DNA of 64,000 nt from a virus (lineage: Duplodnaviria; Heunggongvirae; Uroviricota; Caudoviricetes): positions 24,361 to 88,360 of the IMG/VR virus record IMGVR_UViG_3300016484_000450; one strand, given 5' to 3'. The position numbers were made by a program, and so were the translations under genes. Under the pieces are notes generated by a model. The model saw only the letters and a program-made list of their open reading frames with translations. It made no database searches and had not been told where the DNA came from. Below are positions 30,348 through 38,965 of this stretch, piece by piece (position 1 is the first letter of the stretch; every line of letters begins with the position of its first letter).

Positions 30348-30671
30348 ATGGCAAATTTTTCAGAATTAACAACACAAAGAGAAGAAATCATTAAAAAGTG
30401 GATGGACACTGGATTATTAGACGGTTTAGATAGTCCAGATACCCCAATTTTAACAAAAAAGAATTATGCTGAATTGATGGAGAGTCAAGCATCACATTTG
30501 GTTAATGAAGTTGATGAAGTACCCAACAATGGTGGTTTTGATACTGTAGTGTTTCCCATAGTAAGGAGGGTGTTTGCTAGTTCACTATTCCAAGACATAC
30601 AGTCACATTATGTGGAATTTAAAAAAGATGGTTTAACACCATATAATTACGTTAAAAAACATAAATTATGA
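30348..30671 (+). CDS. hypothetical protein
   Basis: 107 aa. Confidence 0.3.
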   Translation: MANFSELTTQREEIIKKWMDTGLLDGLDSPDTPILTKKNYAELMESQASHLVNEVDEVPNNGGFDTVVFPIVRRVFASSLFQDIQSHYVEFKKDGLTPYNYVKKHKL

Positions 30672-30886
30672 ATATAGGAGATAAAGTAAAATATGAGAAT
30701 TCTTTTTCAGATACTATGATAGGTATTATAGTTAGTAAAGAAGTACCTACTTGTAAATGTAAAGGAATGGGTAAATGGGTTATTGACTTTAATGGTGAAA
30801 TTAAAAAAATAAAAACAAGTGACGAAAGGTTAAGTCTATATAATATAGAACCTACTAAAAACAATTTAAATTTTAATTTTGGATAA
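30668..30886 (+). CDS. hypothetical protein
   Basis: 72 aa with ATGA coupling. Confidence 0.3.
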   Translation: MNIGDKVKYENSFSDTMIGIIVSKEVPTCKCKGMGKWVIDFNGEIKKIKTSDERLSLYNIEPTKNNLNFNFG

Positions 30887-31280
30887 TAGTAAAAAATATC
30901 CAGATAATATTGTCTTTAACAAAGAGACAGATAAGTTTGATGCTAACTTAAAACATTATCCAACAACAGTTGGTGCACAAAAGTTTGAAATTTTACAGAT
31001 AGATAAATCAGATGCAATAAAAGCTGATAAGTATTTTAATAAAAAATTAGAAGAATTAAAAGAGGAGTATAATAAATTGTTGAACGAGTATGAATCAACG
31101 AAGTTAATATACAACACCAAGTATTCATTTCAGCCTATATTAGGTGAAGTTTATTATATCTATAAAAACAATAATGATGAAAATTTTTTAAGTATCATAA
31201 AACCTAATGAATGGGATAAACCATGTTACGGAAGTTATAGATTGAACACTAATGGGACATGGGAAGAGATAGAGTATTAA
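30879..31280 (+). CDS. hypothetical protein
   Basis: 133 aa. Confidence 0.3.
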   Translation: MDNSKKYPDNIVFNKETDKFDANLKHYPTTVGAQKFEILQIDKSDAIKADKYFNKKLEELKEEYNKLLNEYESTKLIYNTKYSFQPILGEVYYIYKNNNDENFLSIIKPNEWDKPCYGSYRLNTNGTWEEIEY

Positions 31281-31283
31281 TAA

Positions 31284-31874
31284 ATGAATAGAAATATAAC
31301 TTTACAAGAGAAAATAGATAAATTAGTCACTAATAGTTTTCATGTGATAAATAATAATATTACACATGGTGAACAATTTACGAGAGAAAACTATGAAAAT
31401 TTTCGTGAAAAATTATTAGGTTTAATGGAGTTTTTTGAAAATGAAAAAGTTTATGTTATGGACTTACCGATGGGTATAATACCTCATCCTGAAGCTAGAA
31501 GGAGAATGGTAGATCCAGAATTGATTAATACCCCAGTTAGTAAATCTTTGTCGGTTATAGCTGAAGGATTTATTGATTTTTATGGTTTAACACAAAAAAT
31601 AACAGAACTACTAACACAAGGTAGAGAAGTTTTTATTTATACAATTGAAATTGTTAGACAATTTAACCCAACCAGTTTTGAACCCACATTTAGACCTATT
31701 ATAAGATATAATTCTATAGAGATGGATTATTGGTACACTCAGATAAATAATCAAACCAACATCATCCCAGTTAGAAATCAAATTACACTAACCATTGAAA
31801 GAGAAACAACAGAAAAAAAACCAAAATCAGTAGGTGATAGTAAATTAAAACATAACTTCAATGGAGATACCTAA
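31284..31874 (+). CDS. hypothetical protein
   Basis: 196 aa. Confidence 0.3.
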   Translation: MNRNITLQEKIDKLVTNSFHVINNNITHGEQFTRENYENFREKLLGLMEFFENEKVYVMDLPMGIIPHPEARRRMVDPELINTPVSKSLSVIAEGFIDFYGLTQKITELLTQGREVFIYTIEIVRQFNPTSFEPTFRPIIRYNSIEMDYWYTQINNQTNIIPVRNQITLTIERETTEKKPKSVGDSKLKHNFNGDT

Positions 31875-32541
31875 AAATTTAAAAGACGAGATTTGGGAAT
31901 ACTGTAGATTAAACGATATAACCGATATAAATTTGTTTATTATAAACATGTTAAGACAAGGTTATAATGTTGAAAAATATGGTGCAACACCCTATTCACA
32001 TAAAGAACCTGAGATTATAGAAAAAGAAGTAATCAAGGAGGTTGAAAAAATAGTAGAAGTACCTGTCGAAGTTATAAAGGAAATTGTTGTTGAAAAAGAG
32101 GTAATTATAGAAGTTCCTGTCGAAGTAGAGAAAATTGTTGAACTTATTAAAGAAGTGCCTGTTGAGGTTATTAAAGAAGTAATTGTAGAAAAAACACTTA
32201 ATGAAGGTGAAAAAGACTTAAAAAACGAGGTAATCCGTGAAAAACGGGTAGAGGTACCTGTTGAAATAATTAAAGAGGTGATTGTCGAGAAAGAAGTAAT
32301 TAAAGAGGTTATTGTAGAAAAAATAGTTGAAGTACCAATTAAAAGTGACGAACACACCAAAAAATTAGAACAACAAATACGAACACTTAAAACAGAATTA
32401 GAGTTGGAAAAAAATAGAAATTACGTACCGCCAAAAGTGGAAAAACCTATAGATGAAATTTCACAGAGAACTAATACAGGTAATGTTATTTCTTGGGTAT
32501 CTAAAGAAGAAAGAGACGGTAAAGATCTTTATGGTGAATAG
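31861..32541 (+). CDS. tandem-repeat protein (about 17-aa E/V/K/I repeats)
   Basis: At least five copies of a unit like EVPVEVIKE(V/I)(I/V)VEKEVI. The codons differ between copies (gaagtacctgtcgaa / gaagttcctgtcgaa / gaagtgcctgttgag / gaggtacctgttgaa), so this is not a simple DNA slippage repeat. A C-terminal coiled-coil follows. Confidence 0.4.
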   Translation: MEIPKNLKDEIWEYCRLNDITDINLFIINMLRQGYNVEKYGATPYSHKEPEIIEKEVIKEVEKIVEVPVEVIKEIVVEKEVIIEVPVEVEKIVELIKEVPVEVIKEVIVEKTLNEGEKDLKNEVIREKRVEVPVEIIKEVIVEKEVIKEVIVEKIVEVPIKSDEHTKKLEQQIRTLKTELELEKNRNYVPPKVEKPIDEISQRTNTGNVISWVSKEERDGKDLYGE

Positions 32542-32560
32542 AATATATTTATAATTTAAA

Positions 32561-32758
32561 TTGTGTTTTGTTATGGAGAAATTAATTAATGTTACAGGTT
32601 ATTCTTATATTGATGAGGTTATTGAACAAATAAAAAATACCTTACCAGATAAAGAAAAAAAATCTTTTGATAAGATGTGTAAAAACATTTATTTAGCTGG
32701 TATAACCGAAGGGCTAAACAGGTCCAAAAAAATAGAAGTTAAACACAAAAAAAACTAA
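32561..32758 (+). CDS. hypothetical small protein
   Basis: 65 aa. Confidence 0.25.
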   Translation: MCFVMEKLINVTGYSYIDEVIEQIKNTLPDKEKKSFDKMCKNIYLAGITEGLNRSKKIEVKHKKN

Positions 32759-32807
32759 TATTCTTTATTTAGAAAAATTTTTTATCTATCATTAAAAAAA
32801 ATGTTTA

Positions 32808-35183
32808 ATGAAAGAAGTGATAGAAAAAGTGGTAAAAATACCTAATAAAGCTAAAATTAGGGTTATATGGGACGATAGTCCAGAAAATTATACACAGGAA
32901 CGTTCAAAAAGAATTACTAAGTATTTCATTGAAAAATACAACAATCCGAATGTACAAGTTATCTTTAAACCTAAAAAAATACTTACCGAAGGTGGTGAAG
33001 TAGAAATGACTGTTGCTGATAACGTAATGGATGTTACGTATCAAAGAAAATTATTTAAACAATGGATAACAGACAATAAAGTTGATGTCGACTGGGACCG
33101 CCTATTAAAATTAGATGATAAAGTAAACGAAAAGTTATCTCAACAAAGAGAAACTGATTATAGATACCGTAATTGGTATATTAAAGAATTGGAGTGGTCT
33201 AACTTCCTTTCTTATGGTGATGGTAATAAAATCTCTTTTAAAGAGTTAGAGGGTATTACCGTAATTACCTCAGACCCATTGAACATGGGTGGTAAAACAA
33301 CCTTAGCATTAGATTTGTTATTGTTTTTATTTTTTAATACAACAACTAAGGGTAGTACCGCTATCAAGATGTTTAATCTATTTAGAGAAGATAAAAATGA
33401 AGTTACTGTTAAGGGTAAGGTAAATATTGATGGTGTTGATTATATCATTGAACGCACAGTATCTCGTAAAGCCAAAAAAAATGGTGATGAATATACAACA
33501 AAGACTGATTTAAGTTTCTATCGTATTTTACCAGATGGTAGTATAGAGAATTTAGAAGGTGAACAACGAAGAGAAACAGAAGAATTTATTAAAAAGTCTG
33601 TAGGTTCGGTAAATGATTTTTTATTAACTATTATTGCTGATGCTGATAACCTTGAAGATATTATCAAAACCAAACCAACAGAAAAAGGTAGAATTTTATC
33701 TAGATTTATAGGCTTAGAAGTGATTGAAGATAAAGAAACTATTGTTAAAGAGATGAAGTCTAACTGGTCTAAAAATCTTAAATCCGACCAATATAACGTA
33801 TCTGACCTAAAAAATGAGATTGATTCATTAAAAACATCTATAGAGTTAAATGAGGATACTATTAAGAATAATGATTTGGATATTAAAAAATTAGATATCG
33901 ATATTAAAGCCTCTATTAGTAAAAAAGAAAATTTAATTAGTAAAAAAATAGAGATAGATTCAGATGTTATTAATTTAAGACCTGAAGATATTGACAACGA
34001 GATTGATAGAATCGAATTATATGGTAAGAAGAAAAAAGGTGAGTATGATGATGCTAAAAAATCTTTTGAAGCTATGACAGAACCAGTTTATGATGAAGAT
34101 TTACATGAACAATACGTAAAACAAGAAAGAACCTTTAGTTTAGAACTAGAGAAAACTAAGTCTAAAATAAAACAAACCGAAAAAACAATTAAAAATTTAG
34201 AAGAGGGTGAGTTTTGTTCTTTATGTAAACAACCTTTAGCTGATGTAGACCATTCAGGTGAAATTGAAGAAAATAAACTATTATTAAATAATTTGGGTGG
34301 TGACTTACTGTCTTTATCTGAAAAATTAGTTGAAATCACAAATTTAGTTAAGGAACAAGATAATATTAAATCTTCTGTATGGGAATATGATAAGACTTCT
34401 TTAATGGTTTCTAAGTTAGAACTGGATTTAGAAAAATTAAGGTTAGAAAGAAAAGAAAAACTAGAACTTAAAAAACGTTATGAAGATAATTTAGAGAACA
34501 TCCAAAAAAATAAAGATTTGGAGAGTCAAATATTGGGTTATAACTCTAAAATTAGTGGTTTAGAATTAGAAAAAACTAATAAAATTAAATTGGGTGAGAG
34601 ATTGTCTAATGAAATAGAACAATACCAAATAAAAATAAATAAAAACGAAGAATATATTAAAACCATTAAAGCTGAAGAAGAAATTAAAATAATTTTTGAT
34701 GTATATGCTAGAGTGGTTGGTAAAAATGGTATCATTAAAATTATAATGAGAAGTGTTATGCCACTAATCAATTCTGAGTTAGACAGGTTATTAGTTGATA
34801 CAGCCCCATTTAAATTAGAGGTAGATATTAACGATAAAAAAGAAGTTGAATTTTTAATAATAAAACAACAGGAAAATGGTGATATAGTAAAATACCCTAT
34901 CATAGAAGGTAGTGGATTTGAAAAGACCGTATCATCATTAGCTTTACGTTGTGTTATGTCAAAAGTGAGTTGTCTACCTAAACCAAATATAATTGTATTT
35001 GATGAAGTTTTTGGTAAAGTAGCTAATAGTAACTTGGAGTTAGTTGGAAACTTCTTCCAGAAATGTTCAGAAATGTTCCCTAATATTTTTATTATCACAC
35101 ATAATGAAATTGTTAAAGATTGGTCAACCAAAATAATAACGATTAAGAAGAAAAATAACATATCTTCATTGACTGTACAATAA
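32808..35183 (+). CDS. sbcC: SbcC/Rad50-like SMC-type ATPase
   Basis: Walker A VITSDPLNMGGKTTLAL. A long central coiled-coil with a CSLCKQPL zinc hook (CxxC). C-terminal signature SGFEKTVSSLALR and Walker B IIVFDEVFG. Confidence 0.75.
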   Translation: MKEVIEKVVKIPNKAKIRVIWDDSPENYTQERSKRITKYFIEKYNNPNVQVIFKPKKILTEGGEVEMTVADNVMDVTYQRKLFKQWITDNKVDVDWDRLLKLDDKVNEKLSQQRETDYRYRNWYIKELEWSNFLSYGDGNKISFKELEGITVITSDPLNMGGKTTLALDLLLFLFFNTTTKGSTAIKMFNLFREDKNEVTVKGKVNIDGVDYIIERTVSRKAKKNGDEYTTKTDLSFYRILPDGSIENLEGEQRRETEEFIKKSVGSVNDFLLTIIADADNLEDIIKTKPTEKGRILSRFIGLEVIEDKETIVKEMKSNWSKNLKSDQYNVSDLKNEIDSLKTSIELNEDTIKNNDLDIKKLDIDIKASISKKENLISKKIEIDSDVINLRPEDIDNEIDRIELYGKKKKGEYDDAKKSFEAMTEPVYDEDLHEQYVKQERTFSLELEKTKSKIKQTEKTIKNLEEGEFCSLCKQPLADVDHSGEIEENKLLLNNLGGDLLSLSEKLVEITNLVKEQDNIKSSVWEYDKTSLMVSKLELDLEKLRLERKEKLELKKRYEDNLENIQKNKDLESQILGYNSKISGLELEKTNKIKLGERLSNEIEQYQIKINKNEEYIKTIKAEEEIKIIFDVYARVVGKNGIIKIIMRSVMPLINSELDRLLVDTAPFKLEVDINDKKEVEFLIIKQQENGDIVKYPIIEGSGFEKTVSSLALRCVMSKVSCLPKPNIIVFDEVFGKVANSNLELVGNFFQKCSEMFPNIFIITHNEIVKDWSTKIITIKKKNNISSLTVQ

Positions 35184-35193
35184 ATTATTTTAG

Positions 35194-35201
35194 TATATTT
35201 G
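35194..35201 (+). promoter_or_regulatory. TAnnTTTG -7 promoter motif
   Basis: TATATTTG lies in the gap after sbcC, 31 nt upstream of the ATG at 35233. Confidence 0.35.
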
Positions 35202-35232
35202 TACTTAAGATATTTATTATAAAAACCAAAGT

Positions 35233-35670
35233 ATGAATAACAAAAGATTTATGATTATTGTATTAGGACCGACTAAAGGTATTGATGATGACCTTAATAA
35301 TATAGCAGATGGTGACTATGGTGTTAATTATGTAGACGGTAACGGTATATTTATAGGTACTTTTTATAGTCATTACACAACTTCAGAAATTCATGAATTA
35401 TTATTAGGAAGACCTGCGTTCTTGATTTTTGATATAACTGACGGAAGTAAAAATGCTGTAAATCTACCATCTAAGTATTATAAAGGTTTATTTCCAGAAA
35501 TTGACGATGTTTTACCTATAATGAATAAAGATTATCGGAATGTTAAAGAAGAAGTAGTAGTCGAAAACGACTTAACTAGTATAGACCAAATCATAGATAA
35601 ATTAAAAGAAAATAACTATGACGAATCTTGCCTAACAGAAAAAGAATCTGAGATTTTAAAGAATTATTAA
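35233..35670 (+). CDS. hypothetical protein
   Basis: 145 aa, downstream of a TATATTTG motif. Confidence 0.35.
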   Translation: MNNKRFMIIVLGPTKGIDDDLNNIADGDYGVNYVDGNGIFIGTFYSHYTTSEIHELLLGRPAFLIFDITDGSKNAVNLPSKYYKGLFPEIDDVLPIMNKDYRNVKEEVVVENDLTSIDQIIDKLKENNYDESCLTEKESEILKNY

Positions 35671-35681
35671 AAAATAATTTA

Positions 35682-35689
35682 TATCTTTG
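35682..35689 (+). promoter_or_regulatory. TAnnTTTG -7 promoter motif
   Basis: TATCTTTG lies 5 nt upstream of the ATG at 35694. This would give a leaderless or very short-leader mRNA. Confidence 0.3.
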
Positions 35690-35693
35690 TGAT

Positions 35694-35894
35694 ATGGAAA
35701 AAACGACAGATAAAAACGGAAGAAACCTCAATATAGGTGATTATGTCCAAGTAGTTAATAGAATTACTGGTTTTATCGAAGATTCGGGTGTTATAACCAA
35801 AATTGATGGAAAACAAATTCATCTTGGTATTGGTTATGTAGATGGCAAAGAAATTAGTTTGATTTATTTATCAGACCAAGTAATTAAAAAATAG
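35694..35894 (+). CDS. hypothetical small protein
   Basis: 66 aa. A TATCTTTG motif ends 5 nt before its ATG. Confidence 0.3.
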   Translation: MEKTTDKNGRNLNIGDYVQVVNRITGFIEDSGVITKIDGKQIHLGIGYVDGKEISLIYLSDQVIKK

Positions 35895-35910
35895 TTTAAA
35901 TTTTAACATA

Positions 35911-36312
35911 TTGGATTACGAAAAGATAATTAAAGAAGGTGAAAGAGTCGATTGGTACGAAGAATCAGTCCCAAAGGAACTTATTAATGGTAAAGTTACT
36001 ATGTGGTGTGAACCATTACTAAGTCAAATACATATATTAGAAGGTGAATTAAGTGACCTTCGTGGTAGTGAAAAAGAAAAAAGACAGAATACTATTAAAA
36101 ATTTATGGAACAAAATTAAAACTGCTCCGTATACTATTAATGGTGACGTTTATTTAATTAAAAAAAGACAATTTGAGTCTGAAATGGTAAAGGTAGAACC
36201 TAAAAAAGAAAAAAGGGTTAAAAAAACAACAGAGAAGACAACTAAAACGAAGGAAAAACCGTTAGATAAAGGTACAAAGAACAGTAATTTAATTTTTGGA
36301 AAAAACAAATAA
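35911..36312 (+). CDS. hypothetical protein with a lysine-rich C-terminus
   Basis: 133 aa with a K/E-rich tail (KKEKRVKKTTEKTTKTKEKP). It overlaps the start of the sigma factor gene. Confidence 0.3.
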   Translation: MDYEKIIKEGERVDWYEESVPKELINGKVTMWCEPLLSQIHILEGELSDLRGSEKEKRQNTIKNLWNKIKTAPYTINGDVYLIKKRQFESEMVKVEPKKEKRVKKTTEKTTKTKEKPLDKGTKNSNLIFGKNK

Positions 36313-37135
36313 AACATATATGGTTTCAAATAAAAGGTATATTGACACATCAGAAGAGAGTATTTCTAACTATCTAAAAGAAGTTAGAAGATTTGACGTT
36401 CTAACTCCAGAACAAGAATTAGAGTTGACTAAAAAAATTGTTAACGGAGACCAAAAGGCTATTGATGCTTTGGTTAACGCTAACCTTAGATTTGTTATAT
36501 CTATAGCTAAAGAATACCAGGGACAAGGGTTGCCTCTTGTTGACTTAATTAATGAAGGGAATTTCGGCTTAATTAAAGCTGCTAAAAAGTTTGACCATAC
36601 TCGTGGGTTTAGATTTATTTCTTATGCTGTTTGGTGGGTTAAACAATCTATATTACAATCTTTGTGTGATAACTCTAGAATGGTTAGATTACCAGTTAAC
36701 ATCACAAACCAACTATCAAAAATCAAAAAAGAAATCGCGGCTTTTGAACAAGAACATCAGAGAATGCCAATAAATGGTGAGATGGATTTGTCAGTATTAA
36801 ATCATCCTACTTGTGGGTCGTTAAACGATAAAATCAATGAAGAGGGTGATGAGGTTTTAGATGTTATCCCAGATTTTACGTTTTCTAGACCAGATGAGGA
36901 TATCTATTCTGAAGACATTTTGAAAAAACAATTGGACACTACTTTATCCGTATTGAGTGAGAGAGAAAGAGAGATTATTTACATGTATTTCGGTCTTGAC
37001 GGTCAATCATTAACACTTGAACAAATTGGTGAGGAGTATGATTTAACAAAAGAGAGAATACGTCAGATTAAAGAAAAGGCTTTAAGAAAACTTAGGTCTA
37101 ACGCTGACAATCTTTTTGAATTTATTTATAAATAA
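36296..37135 (+). CDS. RNA polymerase sigma factor, sigma-70 (RpoD/SigA-like) family
   Basis: Region 2: LRFVISIAKEYQGQGLPLVDLINEGNFGLIKAAKKFDHTRGFRFISYAVWWVKQSI. Region 4: LSEREREIIYMYFGL...LTLEQIGEEYDLTKERIRQIKEKALRKLR. Confidence 0.85.
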   Translation: MEKTNKTYMVSNKRYIDTSEESISNYLKEVRRFDVLTPEQELELTKKIVNGDQKAIDALVNANLRFVISIAKEYQGQGLPLVDLINEGNFGLIKAAKKFDHTRGFRFISYAVWWVKQSILQSLCDNSRMVRLPVNITNQLSKIKKEIAAFEQEHQRMPINGEMDLSVLNHPTCGSLNDKINEEGDEVLDVIPDFTFSRPDEDIYSEDILKKQLDTTLSVLSEREREIIYMYFGLDGQSLTLEQIGEEYDLTKERIRQIKEKALRKLRSNADNLFEFIYK

Positions 37136-37138
37136 TTC

Positions 37139-37169
37139 ATTGCCAATTAAAATAATACCCCTATATTTG
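37139..37169 (+). promoter_or_regulatory. promoter-like element (ATTG, 19-bp spacer, TATATTTG)
   Basis: It sits directly after the sigma factor gene. A terminator lies 60 nt downstream and no long ORF intervenes. Confidence 0.3.
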
Positions 37170-37226
37170 TATTATAGATAAGGAAATAAATTAAATGTTC
37201 TTATTGTCAGAATACATTAAGAACAG

Positions 37227-37255
37227 CCACGGTCAGAATACCGTGGTTTTTTTTT
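37227..37255 (+). terminator. rho-independent terminator
   Basis: CCACGGT-cagaat-ACCGTGG stem followed by T9. It overlaps the stop of the convergent minus gene. Confidence 0.6.
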
Positions 37256-37649
37256 ATGGAACAAATATTTGTAGTTGTCCAGCACTTACAGTAAAATTAG
37301 GTTTTTTCATCACTGTGATTGTAACTAAATTCCAATGATTTGTTTCTAATTTTTCAGGATTAATAACAACATTTAAATTATCACCACCATCTCTTGAAAC
37401 TATAAATCTCCTATTAGGTCTTATTTCATTATCTATAATGCTATAAATTATTTCATCTTTAGCATCATCAAGTAGGTTGATAATATCATAATCATATATT
37501 TTCTCACCACCCCCGTGTCTCCATTTTCTTTGTGCTGTATGGCCACCGGCATCATGGTATAAGTCAAAAGTAAAAGTAATTTCACTACTTAACTCATGAA
37601 ATTTTTCTTCTCTTAAGATAGTTTCTTTTATTAAAGATTTAATGTTCAT
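37254..37649 (-). CDS. hypothetical protein (convergent to the sigma factor gene)
   Basis: The start was moved to an internal ATG (MNIKSLIKET...). The upstream part of the track ORF is low-complexity and would run across the next + gene start. The product is 132 aa with a GG-rich motif HDAGGHTAQRKWRHGGGEK. Confidence 0.4.
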   Translation of the reverse strand: MNIKSLIKETILREEKFHELSSEITFTFDLYHDAGGHTAQRKWRHGGGEKIYDYDIINLLDDAKDEIIYSIIDNEIRPNRRFIVSRDGGDNLNVVINPEKLETNHWNLVTITVMKKPNFTVSAGQLQIFVP

Positions 37650-37689
37650 ATTTATAAATATGAGTTTATAATTTAAAAAAAAAATAGAT

Positions 37690-38019
37690 ATGAAAAATTT
37701 TATAGAATTAGTTAAAAAATATAAACTACACATTTTGTATGGTTTATTATTTATCTTTACTTTTCGTTCATGTGTTAAATCTAGTGAAATTAGAAAATTG
37801 GATAAAATTAAAACGGAAAACACCCAAACTATCGATAGTTTAGAAGTTATTATTAAAGGACAGAGAGACACTATTAATAATATTTCTGAAGTGATTAGAC
37901 AAGAAAAGATTAAAGTACATTCTGAGTATGATAATTACATCTCAAAACAAAATAGAGGTGAACAATTGATGGACTTACATATGATTGTTAAAAACAATAT
38001 TAAAAAACTACAAAAATGA
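37690..38019 (+). CDS. hypothetical protein with an N-terminal TM helix
   Basis: 109 aa with a LHILYGLLFIFTF hydrophobic segment. Confidence 0.35.
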   Translation: MKNFIELVKKYKLHILYGLLFIFTFRSCVKSSEIRKLDKIKTENTQTIDSLEVIIKGQRDTINNISEVIRQEKIKVHSEYDNYISKQNRGEQLMDLHMIVKNNIKKLQK

Positions 38020-38963
38020 GAAAACTATGGGATTGGGTAAAAAATAACCCTAATAGAACTATGTTCTTATTACCAATTTTATTGGTGGCAGGCATATCTA
38101 TTTCACACGTTGTTTCTTGGTATAGTATAACTAACCCATTTAGTTGGGCAATTTACTTATCAATCGCTATTGAGGTGGGAGCTATGACAGCACTTGTTGC
38201 CGCAACTAATAAAATTAAAGGTGGTGTTTGGTTTATGTTCGGATTAATCACATTAATACAAATGATTGGTAATATATTTTTCTCATTTAAAGAAATTGAT
38301 GAGAATGGACAACTTTTTAAATCCTGGGTAGAACTTACAGGTCCACTTTGGGATATGATTGGTTCCGATTCTACAGATATTGTCTCTATGAAAAGATGGT
38401 TAGCCTTTTTGGAGGGTGGTTTACTACCTATTATTTCATTAACATCATTACATTTCTTTGTTAAATACGAAACGGCAAAAACAGACACAACAAAAGAATT
38501 GTTAGAGGAAATTGTTGATGAATTAAATACTGAAGAAGACCAATCAGACGATACCGATAATCTTTTCCAAGAAGACGTTTATTTACCTACCAAACAAGAG
38601 AACTTAAAAAATATGGATAAAACTCTAACTGAGGAATCTAAAAGAGTTTGGGTAAAGGTCCAAGAATTAAGGGAAGAAGATAAATTACCTATTCCTACTG
38701 AAGAAGATATTGTTGATGAGCCAACTGCTCTAGCCAATTCACAATATAGATTAGAAGAACTTAACGATGAAGATGATTATGAAAAACCTTTATTAGTTGA
38801 GGAAGAAAATCCAGAAGACGAATTTGATTTTAAAAAAGAGTTTATAGAATCACAAACAAAATCTATTGAACCAGAATCTATTGAACCGGCCAGAAACTTA
38901 GGTCGTGAATTAGCCAAAAACTGGAAGAAAATAGTTAGAAATAATAGTATTGGTAAAATTTAA
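38016..38963 (+). CDS. multi-pass membrane protein with an acidic C-terminal tail (holin-like candidate)
   Basis: About 4 N-terminal TM segments and a highly acidic C-terminal half. It ends 3 nt before the amidase gene start. Confidence 0.35.
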   Translation: MRKLWDWVKNNPNRTMFLLPILLVAGISISHVVSWYSITNPFSWAIYLSIAIEVGAMTALVAATNKIKGGVWFMFGLITLIQMIGNIFFSFKEIDENGQLFKSWVELTGPLWDMIGSDSTDIVSMKRWLAFLEGGLLPIISLTSLHFFVKYETAKTDTTKELLEEIVDELNTEEDQSDDTDNLFQEDVYLPTKQENLKNMDKTLTEESKRVWVKVQELREEDKLPIPTEEDIVDEPTALANSQYRLEELNDEDDYEKPLLVEEENPEDEFDFKKEFIESQTKSIEPESIEPARNLGRELAKNWKKIVRNNSIGKI

Positions 38964-38965
38964 GA

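Noticed and set aside
31992-32360. Minus-strand 122-aa ORF inside the repeat-protein gene.
   Set aside because: It is the antisense reading of the E/V/K/I repeat region. It gives a low-complexity S/T/I product (STITSLITSFSTITSL) and mirrors the plus-strand repeats. The plus-strand frame has a coupled start and is kept.
33518-35161. Minus-strand ORFs 33518-33997, 34088-34339 and 34538-35161 inside sbcC.
   Set aside because: They are antisense to a confidently identified SbcC/Rad50 gene. Their products are low-complexity I/L/S/F-rich, typical of antisense frames in AT-rich coding DNA.
37196-37339. 47-aa plus-strand ORF downstream of the TATATTTG motif.
   Set aside because: It reads straight through the intrinsic terminator hairpin and T-run and into the convergent gene. 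An sRNA or untranslated leader explanation is preferred.
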